The notes under the pieces were generated by a model, which had not been told where the DNA came from, did no database searches, and saw only the letters and a list, made by a program, of their open reading frames with translations. DNA of 62,596 bases, counting the filler, from Rhabdomonas costata (taxonomy: Eukaryota), in NCBI GenBank assembly GCA_019059605.1. It is 21 parts of 21 records of this genome, joined end to end, with 100 filler letters (N's around TTAATTAATTAA, not from the genome) between each part and the next. Parts side by side here need not be neighbours in the genome. Positions count along the whole stretch, not along the records: positions 35,927 to 38,822 come from JAHMHO010001837.1; positions 38,923 to 41,797 come from JAHMHO010001838.1; positions 41,898 to 44,770 come from JAHMHO010001839.1; positions 44,871 to 47,742 come from JAHMHO010001840.1; positions 47,843 to 50,714 come from JAHMHO010001841.1; 16 more parts are not named here. One strand, given 5' to 3'. The position numbers and the translations under genes were made by a program. Below are positions 37,708 through 50,814 of this stretch, piece by piece (position 1 is the first letter of the stretch; each line of letters begins with the position of its first letter).

Positions 37708-38522
37708 CCCCAGAGCTGTCCCCAGGAGCTGTTCCAGAGCGGGCCATGGCTGCCGGGGAGTCCTCTGCACTAGGCACCACCGGAGAGAGCGATCTCCCGC
37801 GCAGAAGCACCTGCTCCATGTACAGGTCCACCTCCTGAAGCACCTCGCTCAGCCCACGCCCCTCGGGCTCCACAGGATCCGCCCCGCCACTGTGGACCAA
37901 TTCCCCATTGCCACGAAAAGTAAAGCCAAAGCCTGCCAAACCAGGAGGCGTCCCGTCTCGTTGCCGGATTCCGTCAAGGCTTCGTTCCGCTACAGCCATC
38001 ACCCTAAACTCGGAATCTCTCGGAAACAAACCATCCATTCCAGAACCAGTCAAAACCTCTTCAAACCTCTTAAAAGCCACCGTTCAATCAGACAACCAAA
38101 ACTACACTAAATCAATGTGCAATCTACAAACAAAACGATTTAAACCACAGGAGTTGCTCGGGTGTGGGGTGTGGGGCTCTCGCCCCACCCTTGTGCTCAC
38201 CCTCTATATTTGGGTGCGTGTGTACCGTTCTTAAACAAAAACACCGGGTTCACCGACTCACTTTCCCGATTAGCCCTCCTTGGGGACCAAATCAACCTGA
38301 GACGTCACAGTTTCTGTTTCCATTGCACCGGTTTGCCTCAACTCACCCCACTACTCACCTTGGCGTGATAACAGTGGCGTCTCCAGCGGTGGGGCTCGGG
38401 GTTGTAGTGGAAGAAGAGCGCGGCGAGGGTTTCCCGGCCGTGGTAAGCGCAGAGGCCCACTTTTGGGCGTGCCCCAAGCACTCGTGTAGCAGGGCTTCCC
38501 TCCGCGTCCACCTCCGCACAAC
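37708..38522 (-). CDS. Unknown protein, exons 38522-38359 and 37889-~37708
   Basis: CAG acceptors and a GTGAGT donor join in phase (..VITPSGGADPVEPEGRGLSEVLQEVDLYMEQVLL..). Confidence 0.5.
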
Positions 38523-38922
38523 CTGTGAAGGGATATAACGGACCTCAGGGAAGAGACCACAGGTAATACATTGAGGACGGTGATTACGGCAAACATCGCA
38601 ACTACTATATCGTGACTTGGGGGCAGTTCCTCGGCATCTAGAGGGCAGTTTCCGGTGGATTCCAACAAACAGGCTGTATGCGAAATCATTATCCCTCATA
38701 GTCTTTGGAAATCATCCCCCCCCCCTCCACCGTCCACGGGTGAGCGCGGAGAAATGTGCAAATAGAGATGGTGAGTGGGGGGGGGGGCTAGGGGAGTGCC
38801 TGACTCAGCTTTGCAGCCACCGNNNNNNNNNNNNNNNNNNNNNNNNNNNNNNNNNNNNNNNNNNNNTTAATTAATTAANNNNNNNNNNNNNNNNNNNNNN
38901 NNNNNNNNNNNNNNNNNNNNNN

Positions 38923-38990
38923 TGGGTGGGAAATTTGATTGTTTGTGTTCGATGATCTAATCGAACACAAACAATCAAATTTCCCGCCTA
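38923..38990. repeat. Palindrome with 26-bp perfect arms and 6-nt loop
   Basis: 38928-38953 is the reverse complement of 38960-38985; imperfect extension to the contig end. Confidence 0.95.
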
Positions 38991-39186
38991 CGGTCAAACG
39001 TTTGGGAGAATGAACTCAGTTGGACGAAAAGTCCTCCTGGGCAATGTTACAGTGACCAAAATCATTATCAAGTGACATGCTGAGGAGAGAAAGGAGCAGC
39101 TTTTTTTTTTTCATAATCAAGTCAGAAGACAACCAGTGAGGAAGGAAACAATGAAACGCTCAACATCTCAAACAATCTGTGCGCAG

Positions 39187-41775
39187 GATTTAGCACGCTG
39201 TGCGAGAAGATTCTGTCAGATCAGTTTATGAGGCTAACCCAGGATTACCTGCAGGCCATGTGCGAGATCATTGTCCGTTCCAGGGGAACCCTTGACAAGG
39301 TAAGAGACCACTGCAGGACTGCCCCATTTCCCTTTGCCCCCTGTCTTTCTCTCTTCCTCTCCGCAATTTCTCTTGGGATCGAAAGTCGAACACTTTCAGT
39401 CCAGGTGTAAAATAGTCTGTGAAGCTCACACTCACTTCTCTCACAGAGGCGTCAGGTCTGTGTGGTTTCAACTGCCCTGGTTTTCCATTGCATCCCTACA
39501 GTTTATTGGGGACTGCATCATGGCCTTGTGGAACGCCCCCCGTCAGCTCAAGCACCACGAGAGGGCTGCCGTGGGTGCGGCGCTGGACATGCAGGCCAGG
39601 CTGGTGGAGCTGCACCGGGAGTGGTTGGAGGACGGAATCCCAGCCATCAAGTAGCCCCGCCCCTACAAACCTACCCCACCGAACAGCATCCTTCCGCCCA
39701 ATCCGCGCAAAAATTTGCGCAACGGTGGTTTAGTACTCAGGTTGTGCTTCGGTTCATGGGTCGCTGACTTAGAGTGAGCATGGCCAGTTTGGAGGGGTGG
39801 TGATCGTGATGAGCAGTGGTATCGCCGAGCCAGGGAGACTCTTGCAACATTTTCTGGGTCAAACAGGGAGGTAGAGTTATTTAGTTAGTATCCCCTATGT
39901 GAGGATTGTTCGCGGTGGGGGTCAGAGGTCGCACCGTTGACGCGTCTATGATTTGCATAACTTTATTGGTGGACCCCCCACACACATACCTTAACTTAAG
40001 AAGTGAAGTGATCGCACTTACTGCAGTCCAACAAGGTCAGAAACGACAGCAGAACGAAGAAGGTTGTAGTGCCACTGGAATTCAACCAGAGAACACATCT
40101 AATAATTAGCAACTCTTCAGCCTTCCCCTGCAGTCATCAATGCCACGGTGGAATTTTTTGCCTGTTCCACCATTGATCTGGTCAATTTAGTTGTGAAAGA
40201 AGCCATGCTCTTTGCTGCATAACATTCACCAGGGTGCCATCAGTCGAGAGGGTAGTGTTCTTCTTTATTTGGACACGCAAAAAACCCCACGTCATCCACA
40301 GTTGAAGTCCGAAAATGCGCTCTGTGCCATCACCCTTCTGTCGTGTCATTACAAGCCTGCACCAAATCAAACAAAGAACATATCTGCAACACGCCAAAAG
40401 TCGCTTCATGTGTTTTACATGGTCCTCCCCCGCGCTTGCTCGCTTCGCCCTTCTCGGGGTACCCAACCCAGGGGTGGGGGTGGGGGTCCGCTGGTAAAGT
40501 TAAGCCTCTTTTGCGCAGGTGTGGGCTTGTTTATGTGGCTTGCCTAGGTCATTCATTTTCCCAAGAAAACATTCGACATCACTCTCTGAAGACATCGTGT
40601 CATTGGCATGCTGGACAGGTTTCGGGTTGGAATCAACACGGATGCCGTCCTGGTGGGCAACTTCGGGTGCGAGCACCGCATCAACTACACTGTGCTGGGG
40701 GATGGGGTCAACCTGGCCAGCCGCCTGGAGGCCGCCAACAAGGTGTGCGCTGGGAATGCAGTGGGAATGACCCCTTTGTTACACGATAAAACACACACAT
40801 AACATAACACACAGCAAAACACACATAACATAATAGTGGAGTTTACACTCTCAGCTCAGATCATCCTCTCTGTTCACCGTGTCCAATCACCCTCCAACTC
40901 AGCAAATCTCTCTTTTCTTCTGAAAAATCTTACGAAATACCCTGCATTGTCGTTTTTTGGAGCGTCTTTTTGGAGCCTAAGGTTTTCTGTTGCCCAAATA
41001 CTTACTTTTCTACAATGGCGATCCCATCGGTGTTCGAATGCCCCTTACCGAGAAAGTTGTCGGGTTCAAATAGTGCTGCGCTATTCCTTCTCAGCCCTTC
41101 GGCACCGTTGTGCTGGTGGCGGAGTCCACCCGTTCGAGCCTGGCCGCCAACTTCGCCTTCCGCTGTGTCGGCAAGATCACTGTTCCTGGGAAATCGGAGG
41201 TGGTAGCCGTCCACGAGCCCCTGTTCCGCTCCATGCTCCAGCCGTTTGCCACGATCAGCATGAGCAGCATTAGTTGCCCCCTGCTGAACGAGGGCACCCC
41301 AACCCTTCCCGGTGTTTTTTTGAAAGAGAGATTTTCTCTCCTCTCACACTAACTCTCACTCACGTTCTGTCGCTGAGGTGGGGAATTATTTTTTCTGGAA
41401 ATATGTCCTGTATTTTCCCGATGACGGGATGGCTTGGGCTGGTGGGCAGTCCGTCCATTTGTTTTAGTTCTTCACCGCCACCACACTCTTGATGAATACC
41501 CCCCAGGATCGTATAAAAGCCTCTTGGCTATGAACGTATGAAACGAGAAACCAAACTCACTTGGAATACAGCATTGCGCAATCAGTCAAAACTCCCCGGC
41601 GCCGTTGACTGCTATTTCCATAGGGAATCCTGCTCGCAAAGTTGAACCAGCCGTTTTCTCCTAATTTTTCCCCTCCTTTTGGGTTTTTGCTGCTTCAGGC
41701 GACCCAGAGGTTTTGAACGCCTGGCGGATGGTTCCCAAGGCCACGTTGGAGGAGCTCACTCGGCTCTATGAAAAG
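39187..41775 (+). CDS. Bacterial-type class III adenylate cyclase catalytic region (partial), exons 39187-39299, 39502-39650, 40619-40742, 41095-41311, 41699-41775
   Basis: In-phase GT-AG joins. GFSTLCE, GTLDKFIGDCIMALWNAP, RVGINT..VGNFG..RINYTVLGDGVNLASRLE..NK and VPGK; the K/T pair indicates ATP specificity. Confidence 0.93.
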
Positions 41776-42143
41776 GTTTCTTCCCTTCCCTCTGCTGNNN
41801 NNNNNNNNNNNNNNNNNNNNNNNNNNNNNNNNNNNNNNNNNTTAATTAATTAANNNNNNNNNNNNNNNNNNNNNNNNNNNNNNNNNNNNNNNNNNNNTGT
41901 GGGGGTTGGGAAGGTGGCGGCATTTTTCCCAAATCCTGGCAGCGCCCCCATTCCGAGAAACCCAACGTATACCTTCAGTCGCAAGAAGGCCAAAGCGATA
42001 AATTCCTCACTTTCTCCAGCTCCCAAGTTTTTTCCTTCCCATTCTTCTCTTTCTCCTCCCTGCCATTGTTCCGCTCACCTACCAAACGGTTCGAGCGAAA
42101 TGAGCAGTCGTGGTTAGGATTTAGGGGCTCGGCCTTAACCCAC

Positions 42144-44569
42144 TTCCATGAAGCCACAGAAGTCCTCCGTCCCCGGCCTCGACCTTCGAGAATGTCGGAG
42201 ACCATGGACGACACCTCGTCGTTCTGGAACTCTGACTTGAAAGGCACACCCTGCTGAACCACCGTCCCTGCAACCCGTCGACCGTCGACGTACTCCCCCT
42301 CAAAGCTGTGGAAGCCAACCCCCCAGACAGAGTTCTATACCAAATACCACAAATTATGTTGCCTCGTTACATTTCCGCCCATGATCTCTCTCCATCCAGA
42401 TTCCCCGTAATGCAAAACTTGAAAGTCACAATGGTTAACGGGTTGTCCGGAATGTTGAGCAGGCAAGGACCTCGCGTCCGTCGTGAATGAGGACATTCTC
42501 GACGACCGGGAGCACGACCACTACAGACAGCCGCACCGTGTGAATGTGCGTAAGTGTGTTTCCAAGCTTTTCCTTAGACCCGGCCATAACCAGCATTTCC
42601 CCCCACCGCATATCAGGGGTTAGGGTGCTGGACAGTTGAACCAATTGCATGCCTTCCAATCAAGTCTCACAAGAGACGAAGGCGATGAACACAAGCAACG
42701 GCGCAGGTGGAGTTCGGGTGAACAGAGAAACAACAAAAATAACTGTAAGCTGAGACCTGGTCTTTGGGGGGGGGAGGTACCGGTCTCCATTGGCAAAGCG
42801 GTACGTCGCATGGCCGTTCATCTTGTTGTTCACAAACTGGCCCTCGTAGATGTCCCCGTTGGGGAACCTGCGCGCAACAATGAGGCCAAGATATCAAGTG
42901 AGGCAACAGTACATGAGTGTGGGGAAGTCCTAGCGAAAGGGTACACCTCATGAGGAATGGAGAGAGGCTGGCAATGTGATGGCTCCGTGCTGGCTCCCAA
43001 AGATGTAAGGGGCGGGGAGTCCGTATGCACACCACATTGTTCCCGCGCCGTGCATCTTCCCCTCGTGGAAGTAGCCCTCGTACTTGGCGCCATCCTTGAA
43101 CTCCAGCAACCCGCGGCCATCACGATAGTCCCGTTTGAAGGCTCCCACGTAGACCTCCCCAGAAGCCTGGATGGTCTCCGTACCCATGCCATGCCTGTGC
43201 AAAGACCAAAGTGCCCAGTGTGCAGACAGCACCCTCGATGCCGCGAAAGAAATGAACGTAACTCTTAACATTCGGGCGGAGGTAATGGTTTTCAGGGGTT
43301 ACATACATGACATAACAGCACCTAACTTCAGATGCAAATGCAAAGTCCACTACCCCTCCAAAAACACAAGCATTTCAACGGCGCTGTTACAGTATCTAGC
43401 CTTCTGCCAGAAAAAGCAAGAAAGGTCTATTTGCTGCTACCAGTGTCAACCCCCCCTCTCAAAAACACAAAAAAAAACGTCAAATTGCGCCAAATAAACC
43501 GACAATGAGTGCGATTGAGGGGAAACCCTGCCCTTATGAACTACAAGGACAAGACTCACGCTGTGATAAAGCGGAAACGTCAACTCACGGCGCACAGGCA
43601 CTACGTATTTCTAACCTCTGTTTTCTCATAATGGCGAATAAGATGATGACTCCGAGAAGCAGGCTTCACTCAGTAAGGTGCGGTTTGGGAGGCAAATATA
43701 GTTTCGGTGACCAGCCCACGCAAGAGGAAGTGAGTGGGATAGAAAAAAGAAAGAGGAAGCAAACTTGGCGTCATCCTTGAAGGTCCCCTCGTAGGTGTCA
43801 CCTGTGATCAGCTGGAGCGTTCCGCAGCCATTCCTCATGTCCCGCTCCCATTCCCCCTGCGTGGAATGGGGAAGGCGAGCACTAGAGGCCGAAAAAGCCA
43901 AACGTACGCAAAAAACATCATCCACCGATCTTCGAAGAATGCGAACAGTACCAATGGTGTCCTGGACACAGGAGGGCCAATCGCACAAAAGCAAGGGAGA
44001 AAAGAGCGGGCAATCCACTTACCTCGTACTTGGACTGGTCCCGGAAGCGCATCACACCCGTGCCGCACCTCTGGTTGTTAGTCCAATCCCCTGTGCAGAC
44101 CCACAAAGCGCAAAGCGGACCGACCGACCACTGATGCGCGATTGCCCCGCAGTGATCATTTCATCCACAAGGGAGGTGTGACTGTCGCAGCCATAAAACC
44201 GGAAATAAGCATACACCAAAAACGGACGGTTAAGGGCCGAAATAGGCAAGGAACTGGACCCACCACCGCAACAACACTATCTCCTTATCTCCTTATCTCC
44301 TTGAGCTCTTGCCTTCAGTTTCCTTCCCGCCAACGCAACCTCGGCGCAGTCTTTCAACCAAAATAGAGCCAGATTCGCAAACACTCGAGTTCCGCTTCTC
44401 TAGCCACAGTGACCGCCGAGAGACAGAAAACAACTTACATCTGTGGGAAGAAAAGCCCAGGGAGGGGGACTCGTCCCCATACCTTCGTATTCGTCTCCGT
44501 TGGTGTAGATCATCTTGCCCTTGCCCTCAAGGACATAGTTCCCGCTTTGACGATCCCGACGCAGTTGGC
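42144..44569 (-). CDS. MORN-repeat protein (partial), exons 44569-44483, 44090-44023, 43856-43765, 43194-43033, 42867-42781, 42305-~42144
   Basis: Repeated YEGxWxxxxxxGxGxxxxxxG units across in-phase GT-AG joins. Confidence 0.92.
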
Positions 44570-45484
44570 CTATAGCCACACCCACAGCCATAACCCTTAG
44601 GGTGAAGAAGGCCAACCCCAGGCAGTCCACTTCCAGCTGAAAATTGCCTTCTCCCCTTACAGCGGAACTTCCTTTGAGGACTATTCCCCCAGAAACGGCC
44701 AATACCGGAGGAGCGCCACGTAATGGGAGAAGACCCGCGCATATGGTTTGAACCTGACCTGCCCCCCCCANNNNNNNNNNNNNNNNNNNNNNNNNNNNNN
44801 NNNNNNNNNNNNNNTTAATTAATTAANNNNNNNNNNNNNNNNNNNNNNNNNNNNNNNNNNNNNNNNNNNNTGGGGATGCGCTGTACACCATGTACTGGCG
44901 GTCCCCCGTGACATCTGACAACCCCAAAGATAGGTGCCACCGCATCCCCACCACCAAAAAACCGTCCGCGGCCTGTCTTGAGCAGAGGGGGCCCGCCCCT
45001 CCAGCAGAACGACATTCACGTTCTGGGTGCCTGGACGTCTGAATCCAAAAAATGTTGAACCCAGAAAGTTCCACCCATCACTGCGTTTTCTTTCCCGTGG
45101 ATGTGCCCCCCTGCTCCGCACCATCCCTACTGGTGGGCGACTGGTGATGGCGATATGGCAACTACTAGGAGAAGAGACAAAAAGAACAGCTGCCAGAAGG
45201 TCCACTGCCAGACGGAGGTGCTGCCCTCATTCACACACGCAGAGACCACCACTCTGGTCCTTTATGCAGGGCAGCACGGAAAAACCACAGAAGAAAGAAA
45301 GGACAGGCGTCGTTAAGGTGTCCGCCCTGACCAGAGCATCTACAAGTGCATAAGGTACTCCAAACGCACGCATCCTCACAGCATCTCCAGTCAAAACAGG
45401 CCTGCACGAGAAACATGAAAAAAGTGTATCGCAGTATAGGTTCCCTCGCATCAGGGGGTGGGGGTGACTGCATCCTCGGGATAC

Positions 45485-47489
45485 CTCGGGTTGTCACCAC
45501 AATCTGCACCATGGTCATTGCGCGAAGGATGTTCTTGTCGTCCTGGAAGGTCAGGTACCTACCCCAGCCTGGGCACGGGACGGAGAAAGTCAGCTCGTCG
45601 ATTTTCACTAGTTTCAGATTGTCCGTGAAGCCGAAAAAGCACCGGTTGTTCCCCACGCCCTTGGTACCTGAGAGGAGTGAGAGGACGCGTATAATGGAAA
45701 GTTTACCTGCGCAACAATTCCTCACCAAAAAAACTGGAAAAAAAACAAACCTGATAAAGAAGTGAAAACCTATATGTGCACTGACCTCTTGTGAGTACTG
45801 AGCTGTGAACCCACCCCCCAACAACACTCAGACAAAGACAAAGACACACCAGTGCAATGATCGCAAGCAAGCATGTGCGTGTGCGGGAGTCGCATATACC
45901 CGCATTTGCACCAAAGTAGAGGGAGTAGTCAGACAGCTGGGCCGCTTCCACGGAGTTCCGGAAGTACACGGTTACCAAATCGATGTCCCGCCAAACGCCC
46001 TGGCGTGTGTGCGCATGTGTACGGGCGCGTACGCGTGAGCGTGAGCGCGACCAATTAGGAAAGGCGCGACTCCAGCGGTCAGGAGCTCGCAACGTCAGAC
46101 TCAAGGTTGAAAACAAAAACCAACTGAACAGCGTAAGGAAAGTAGGTTTTTTCCTTCATTTTGAACCGCCTGGAAGGATGAACAAAATCCGGGGTGGAAG
46201 CAAGCAGGGCTTCCACGAGGCAGTGAAGAAGAGCGCACAGCAAAGAGCAAAGGACAGCTGAATCAGCGAGGGAAATTAAGCAGGTTAAAGTTGGGGCGGC
46301 CAGCGTTGGAAGATCATTTCTTGTCTCTCTCCGATGGTATAACTGTAGGCACACGAACCAGATCGACTTCAATCCAGGGGTGAAGCTCCGGGTTTGTGGG
46401 GCAGAAGGGGTCGCTCGGTCCGGTCAGCGAGTCCATGCACCACGCCGGCCACCGCGCGTAGGTCGTCTGGTTGTCCATAATGCTACTCATGTAGATCGAC
46501 GCCAGCTTGACCTGAGTGTCGATGGGTTTCCCGAACAGCTCCACCTCGGACAGCGCCACAGTCTGTCCCACGGCCAGCCCGCTGAACAGGATCCTCACGT
46601 ACATTCCAAACCCAAATGCCGGTACGGCAACAAACGGCGTGGTCAGGGGGATGGGCTGTCCGGTAACGTTCTTCTGGTCCCGCAGGTTGGCAAGTCCCCC
46701 GATGAAGACCGTGAAGCTGATGTTCGAGGATAGCCCGGCGCGGGGGTAGATTCGGATCGAGGTGATCGAGTGCAGGATGGTCTATTTTTGTTTTGCAAAT
46801 GAGCACGAGACTGGCGGAGATTGAGCAATTTCGGCTTTGCGACCTTGCCGGCCTTGTTGACCTTGCCGGATGAGGGCGCAGAATACAGCGCCCTCCAATT
46901 ACTTGTGCACCACCGCAATGTTCCATTAAATTCCTATATATACATGGAATGTGACAAAAAAGGCGGACCACCTGTGGTGAAAAAAGTTGTGCCATCTCAA
47001 GCACACGCGTTATATGTGTATGTTGTCCGCCTTTTCTGTCATACTCCATTCACAGCACCGCAGCTGAAAGTTAGGATGGAAAAAAATTAGCTCAAATTCC
47101 AGTACACACACAAACACAGAGATGTGACGATATCAACCCCGGAAGAAGGAGCATATCGTGCAGCAATATTGTGAAAAATGGATGGGAGGCGGGTGTGGTA
47201 CCAGGTTCAGGGCAAGGATGAGGGAGGTGGAGTTCACGGGAAGGCTGGCGGAGCAGAAGTTCGGAGAGGTGCTGTCTAGGCTGCCGTCGTTGTTGGTGTC
47301 GCCACACAGCGAGGGCGGGTGGGCAGCGGACACGTTGACCCCGCGGGTGGCAGTCCACCCAATCGACTGAATGGGGATGAAGGCGTCCCCGCCTAGAATC
47401 CAGAAAACGGGAAAGGATAAGGGCCCCCCAATAGCACCCAACAACGCGAGACCAGCACTGGCCGTAGGGACATCCATTATTACGTTGTA
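45485..47489 (-). CDS. Tandem discoidin/F5-8C/F-type-lectin-like surface protein (partial), exons 47489-47202, 46781-46359, 45999-45900, 45667-45485
   Basis: In-phase joins. Motifs SIRIYPR, GMYVRI..VALSEVELFG, CMD..FC.T..HPWIEVDLG..IDLVTVYFR and C..GRYL. Confidence 0.8.
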
Positions 47490-47606
47490 CTCGGATGCAT
47501 GGAAAGGGAACAGCAAAGTACAGGAAGATCAAGATTCCGCACAAGACGCAGAGCAATGTACAACAAACAACAGAAAACACAAGCCAGCAGACGTAAGGGG
47601 GTAAGA

Positions 47607-47736
47607 GGGTGAGAGATGGGCGTGAGAAGAGGGGTATAGCGTGACAAGTTGTTAAGACTGTTCTGTGCCTTCGTCCCCAGAACAGTCTTAACAACTTGTC
47701 ACGCTATACCCCTCTTCTCACGCCCATCTCTCACCC
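47607..47736. repeat. Perfect 59-bp inverted repeat with 12-nt loop
   Basis: 47607-47665 is the exact reverse complement of 47678-47736, ending 6 nt from the contig end. Confidence 0.95.
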
Positions 47737-48136
47737 CCACCCNNNNNNNNNNNNNNNNNNNNNNNNNNNNNNNNNNNNNNNNNNNNTTAATTAATTAANN
47801 NNNNNNNNNNNNNNNNNNNNNNNNNNNNNNNNNNNNNNNNNNGGTTTGTTACGTGTGATCAACAACCAGTTTTATGAGGTTTTGGTACTGATTGCCAATG
47901 TTTCTTATTCTCACTCCGAAAAATACCCTTCCAGCGGGGCGCGGTGGCGGGTTAAATTGCTTACAACTTGTGAGGAACATCCCGTTTTTACGAAGCTGCA
48001 GGCTGAGTAAAAAGAGGATGGTGCTCACAAGTTACAAGGAAATGTCTTGTCCGAAGAAATCGAGAAAGACTTTCCATTCGTGATTTTGTTCTGAGGTGTT
48101 TTTGAATGGCCATCCTTATGAAACACACTTTCTTTC

Positions 48137-50358
48137 ATGTCTCCAAACCAGATGACAAAGCAACTCTACTCTGTTGCTGCTTTCTTTCTCTTGGCTGTTT
48201 TTTGGCCAGCGTTGGGAGAGCCACTGTTGCCATTCTCAACCTCTGACCCACCTTGGCCACACGTGACCCACCCCAAGCCACCCTCCTCGTTATGGTCTCG
48301 CGGGGCAGCTAGCATTTCGGAGGCTAAGCAGCCTGCGCTACCATACCCCACAAACTCGTGGTGTGCTTGCAAACCGAGTTTTCACCGTAAAAGTATTTTC
48401 CAGCTCTCAGAGATGAAGGGAATTTTCTGTCACCGCGAAAGTGACCATCTTGACCCCAAATTGTTGATCCATTATTTTTGCTCACGAAAAATTTGGAGTT
48501 GATCTATTATTAATCCGATCCATCTTTACTGGATGAATCTGAGTTTTTCGCCCCCCCCCCTGCTTACTGCATCAGTTTAGGCTTGGTGTATTGCCCTGCT
48601 TATGTTCTTCCTTTGAATATTGATTGATGTACCGGGAAAACATTGGCTCAGGCACTCAAAAATTTGATGGTATTGCTTGAATTTCATATTAATCTCATAT
48701 GCAACAACAGTGAAGGTGCTGGAATGTGAGTATACGTGTGAATGTGTCGTTGTGTGACAATGTTAATGTGTCGTTGCCTAAACGTGCCACATTATTGGGA
48801 GGGGGTTTAAGATTTTAACCCCCCCTTTTTTTTCATATACTGCGGTGCTTTGAAAATTTCGGGTCGTTCCGCGGCCCAACTTTCCAGGTGCTAGTGCCGT
48901 GTATGCTCCGAAAAGGGTTGAGGCGAGTTTACTTGGTCTTGCGGGGTGGTTCACTCATTGCTATAAAATCATGCATTTTCGAAGAAGAAAAAACGTTGTG
49001 GAGCTGCTTAATACTTTTTCCTGCGAATTCTTTTAAATAAATGTTATTGAAATTGCATCACCGCCGCAATGCCCTGAAACGAGTGGGGCGTGTCAGGGTT
49101 GCCGTGATTTAATCTAATGGATCATCACCCCATTTGCGCGGGCAAGCCCTGTTCCGATTTCCGTGAAAAATAAAAATAAAAAACAGCACAAAAAACAAAA
49201 ATGAATTACGATGATTAAATGTTTTTTAATCAGCCAAAAACACAGCCAAAACATCATGAATCTATTTTGATAATCATATTCTGGACTGCCATGGACTATG
49301 TTCTATGGTCTTCTGCAAAACATTCTCGGTGGCCTTTTTACGTTACTCTTTCTACATCTTTGTTAACCATACGACGCGCTAGGCGACGGCCTGCTAACAA
49401 AGCGAGCCCCAGGGGTCTGGTAACTGGATTCAGTATTTTCTTCATGTTCTTCGGCTCAAGACTTCTACTACTATTGCTGGTCCTGCCTTTGCGAAATGTT
49501 TGCAGGTGGATCAACCCGGTGTTGGATGACGGGACCCAGCCCATATACAACAAGCCCTACCATGTTCAGTTCCTCGGAAAGGGAGTATTGGTTGGCTTGC
49601 CGGAGAAGAAGTTGCAAAATGGCGGTCACTTTCTCAGCCAGTGGTTCACGTTTGGGGTTTTCCTCACCTGCGCTGGCTCAGCAAACTCGCCTTCGGCACC
49701 GAGTCGAACTTCTTCATCTCCCTCTTCAACCGCACCCTCGCCTTCTCACGTGGTCACCTCCTGGGACGCCTTGTCCGTAACCGTGCAATACAGCTTTCCA
49801 GGAGGGACCACAGTGACCCTCCCTGTGGTCCGCGGTTCTCCGTACGTTACGGCCCTGTTTCGAGGATCTGGATCCGGAGCACTACCTGTGCTTCAGCTGG
49901 TCAATTCCGCCCTCGTGGGAGTTCAGGTAAAAGGGAGGAAGCGTCGTAGTGAGTGGGTAGCTTCCTCAACACTCAACACTCAACACCGAAAGTTCCTTGG
50001 CAACAACTGGCGAAAAGTTTTGTTTACGTCGATTCAGAAGCGGGTAGTAAAAGAGTTGTGACACGAACATTTACACGCAGTTCCGTACCGCATGTGATGT
50101 GCATTCGCAGGTCTGGCCCATGAAGGGCAAGAGTTCCCCCGCGTCTCCAGTGCTGCATGGGAATGCCTTTACCTTGCAGCTCAACACATCCCAGACTTGG
50201 CTCCTTAACTTTCACCAAGATGTGAGCATCCACTGGTCTGCAAGCGAGGTGTTGGTGACTGCTGTCTCCGGCTCCGGCGCACTTACTCTTCGATTGGCAG
50301 CGGTTCCCTCGGTGGACCCGTCCATGGGTGCTTTAAAGCTGCTCCGCTTCCACTCGGG
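48137..50358 (+). CDS. GH81 endo-1,3-beta-glucanase, N-terminal part, exons 48137-48360, 49506-49926, 50111-~50358
   Basis: Signal-peptide-like start; PYPTNSWWINPVLDDGTQPIYNKPY, WDALSVTV, PVVRGSPYVT, FTLQLNTSQTWLL and LRLA are GH81 N-domain motifs. GT-AG joins in phase. Confidence 0.88.
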
Positions 50359-50814
50359 GTGTGTGTAGACCTACGGGACTCTGGCTCGCAAATTTCGCTT
50401 GTATCCGCGAATGCAAGTCTGAAATTCCCTGTCCCACCTTGTTTCTCAGAAGTACCGGGATACCGGGATATTTTATGAATGGCGGTTCACTGCTCAATTT
50501 TTTAAAAGAAATTTCCGTCCAAAACAGAAAAAGAGAAAAAGAGAAAAAGAAAAGAAGAGTTCACTACCAAGTCGTAGTAAAACAAAGGTGGAAGTTTTGT
50601 CACCAACCACAGTACAAAGAAGATTCGCGTATAGAGAGGTCGGTAACTCTTTGTACTAAGGACCCACACAAAGAGGCAAGAGTACTTTATCCTGGGTGCA
50701 ATTTCACCAACAACNNNNNNNNNNNNNNNNNNNNNNNNNNNNNNNNNNNNNNNNNNNNTTAATTAATTAANNNNNNNNNNNNNNNNNNNNNNNNNNNNNN
50801 NNNNNNNNNNNNNN

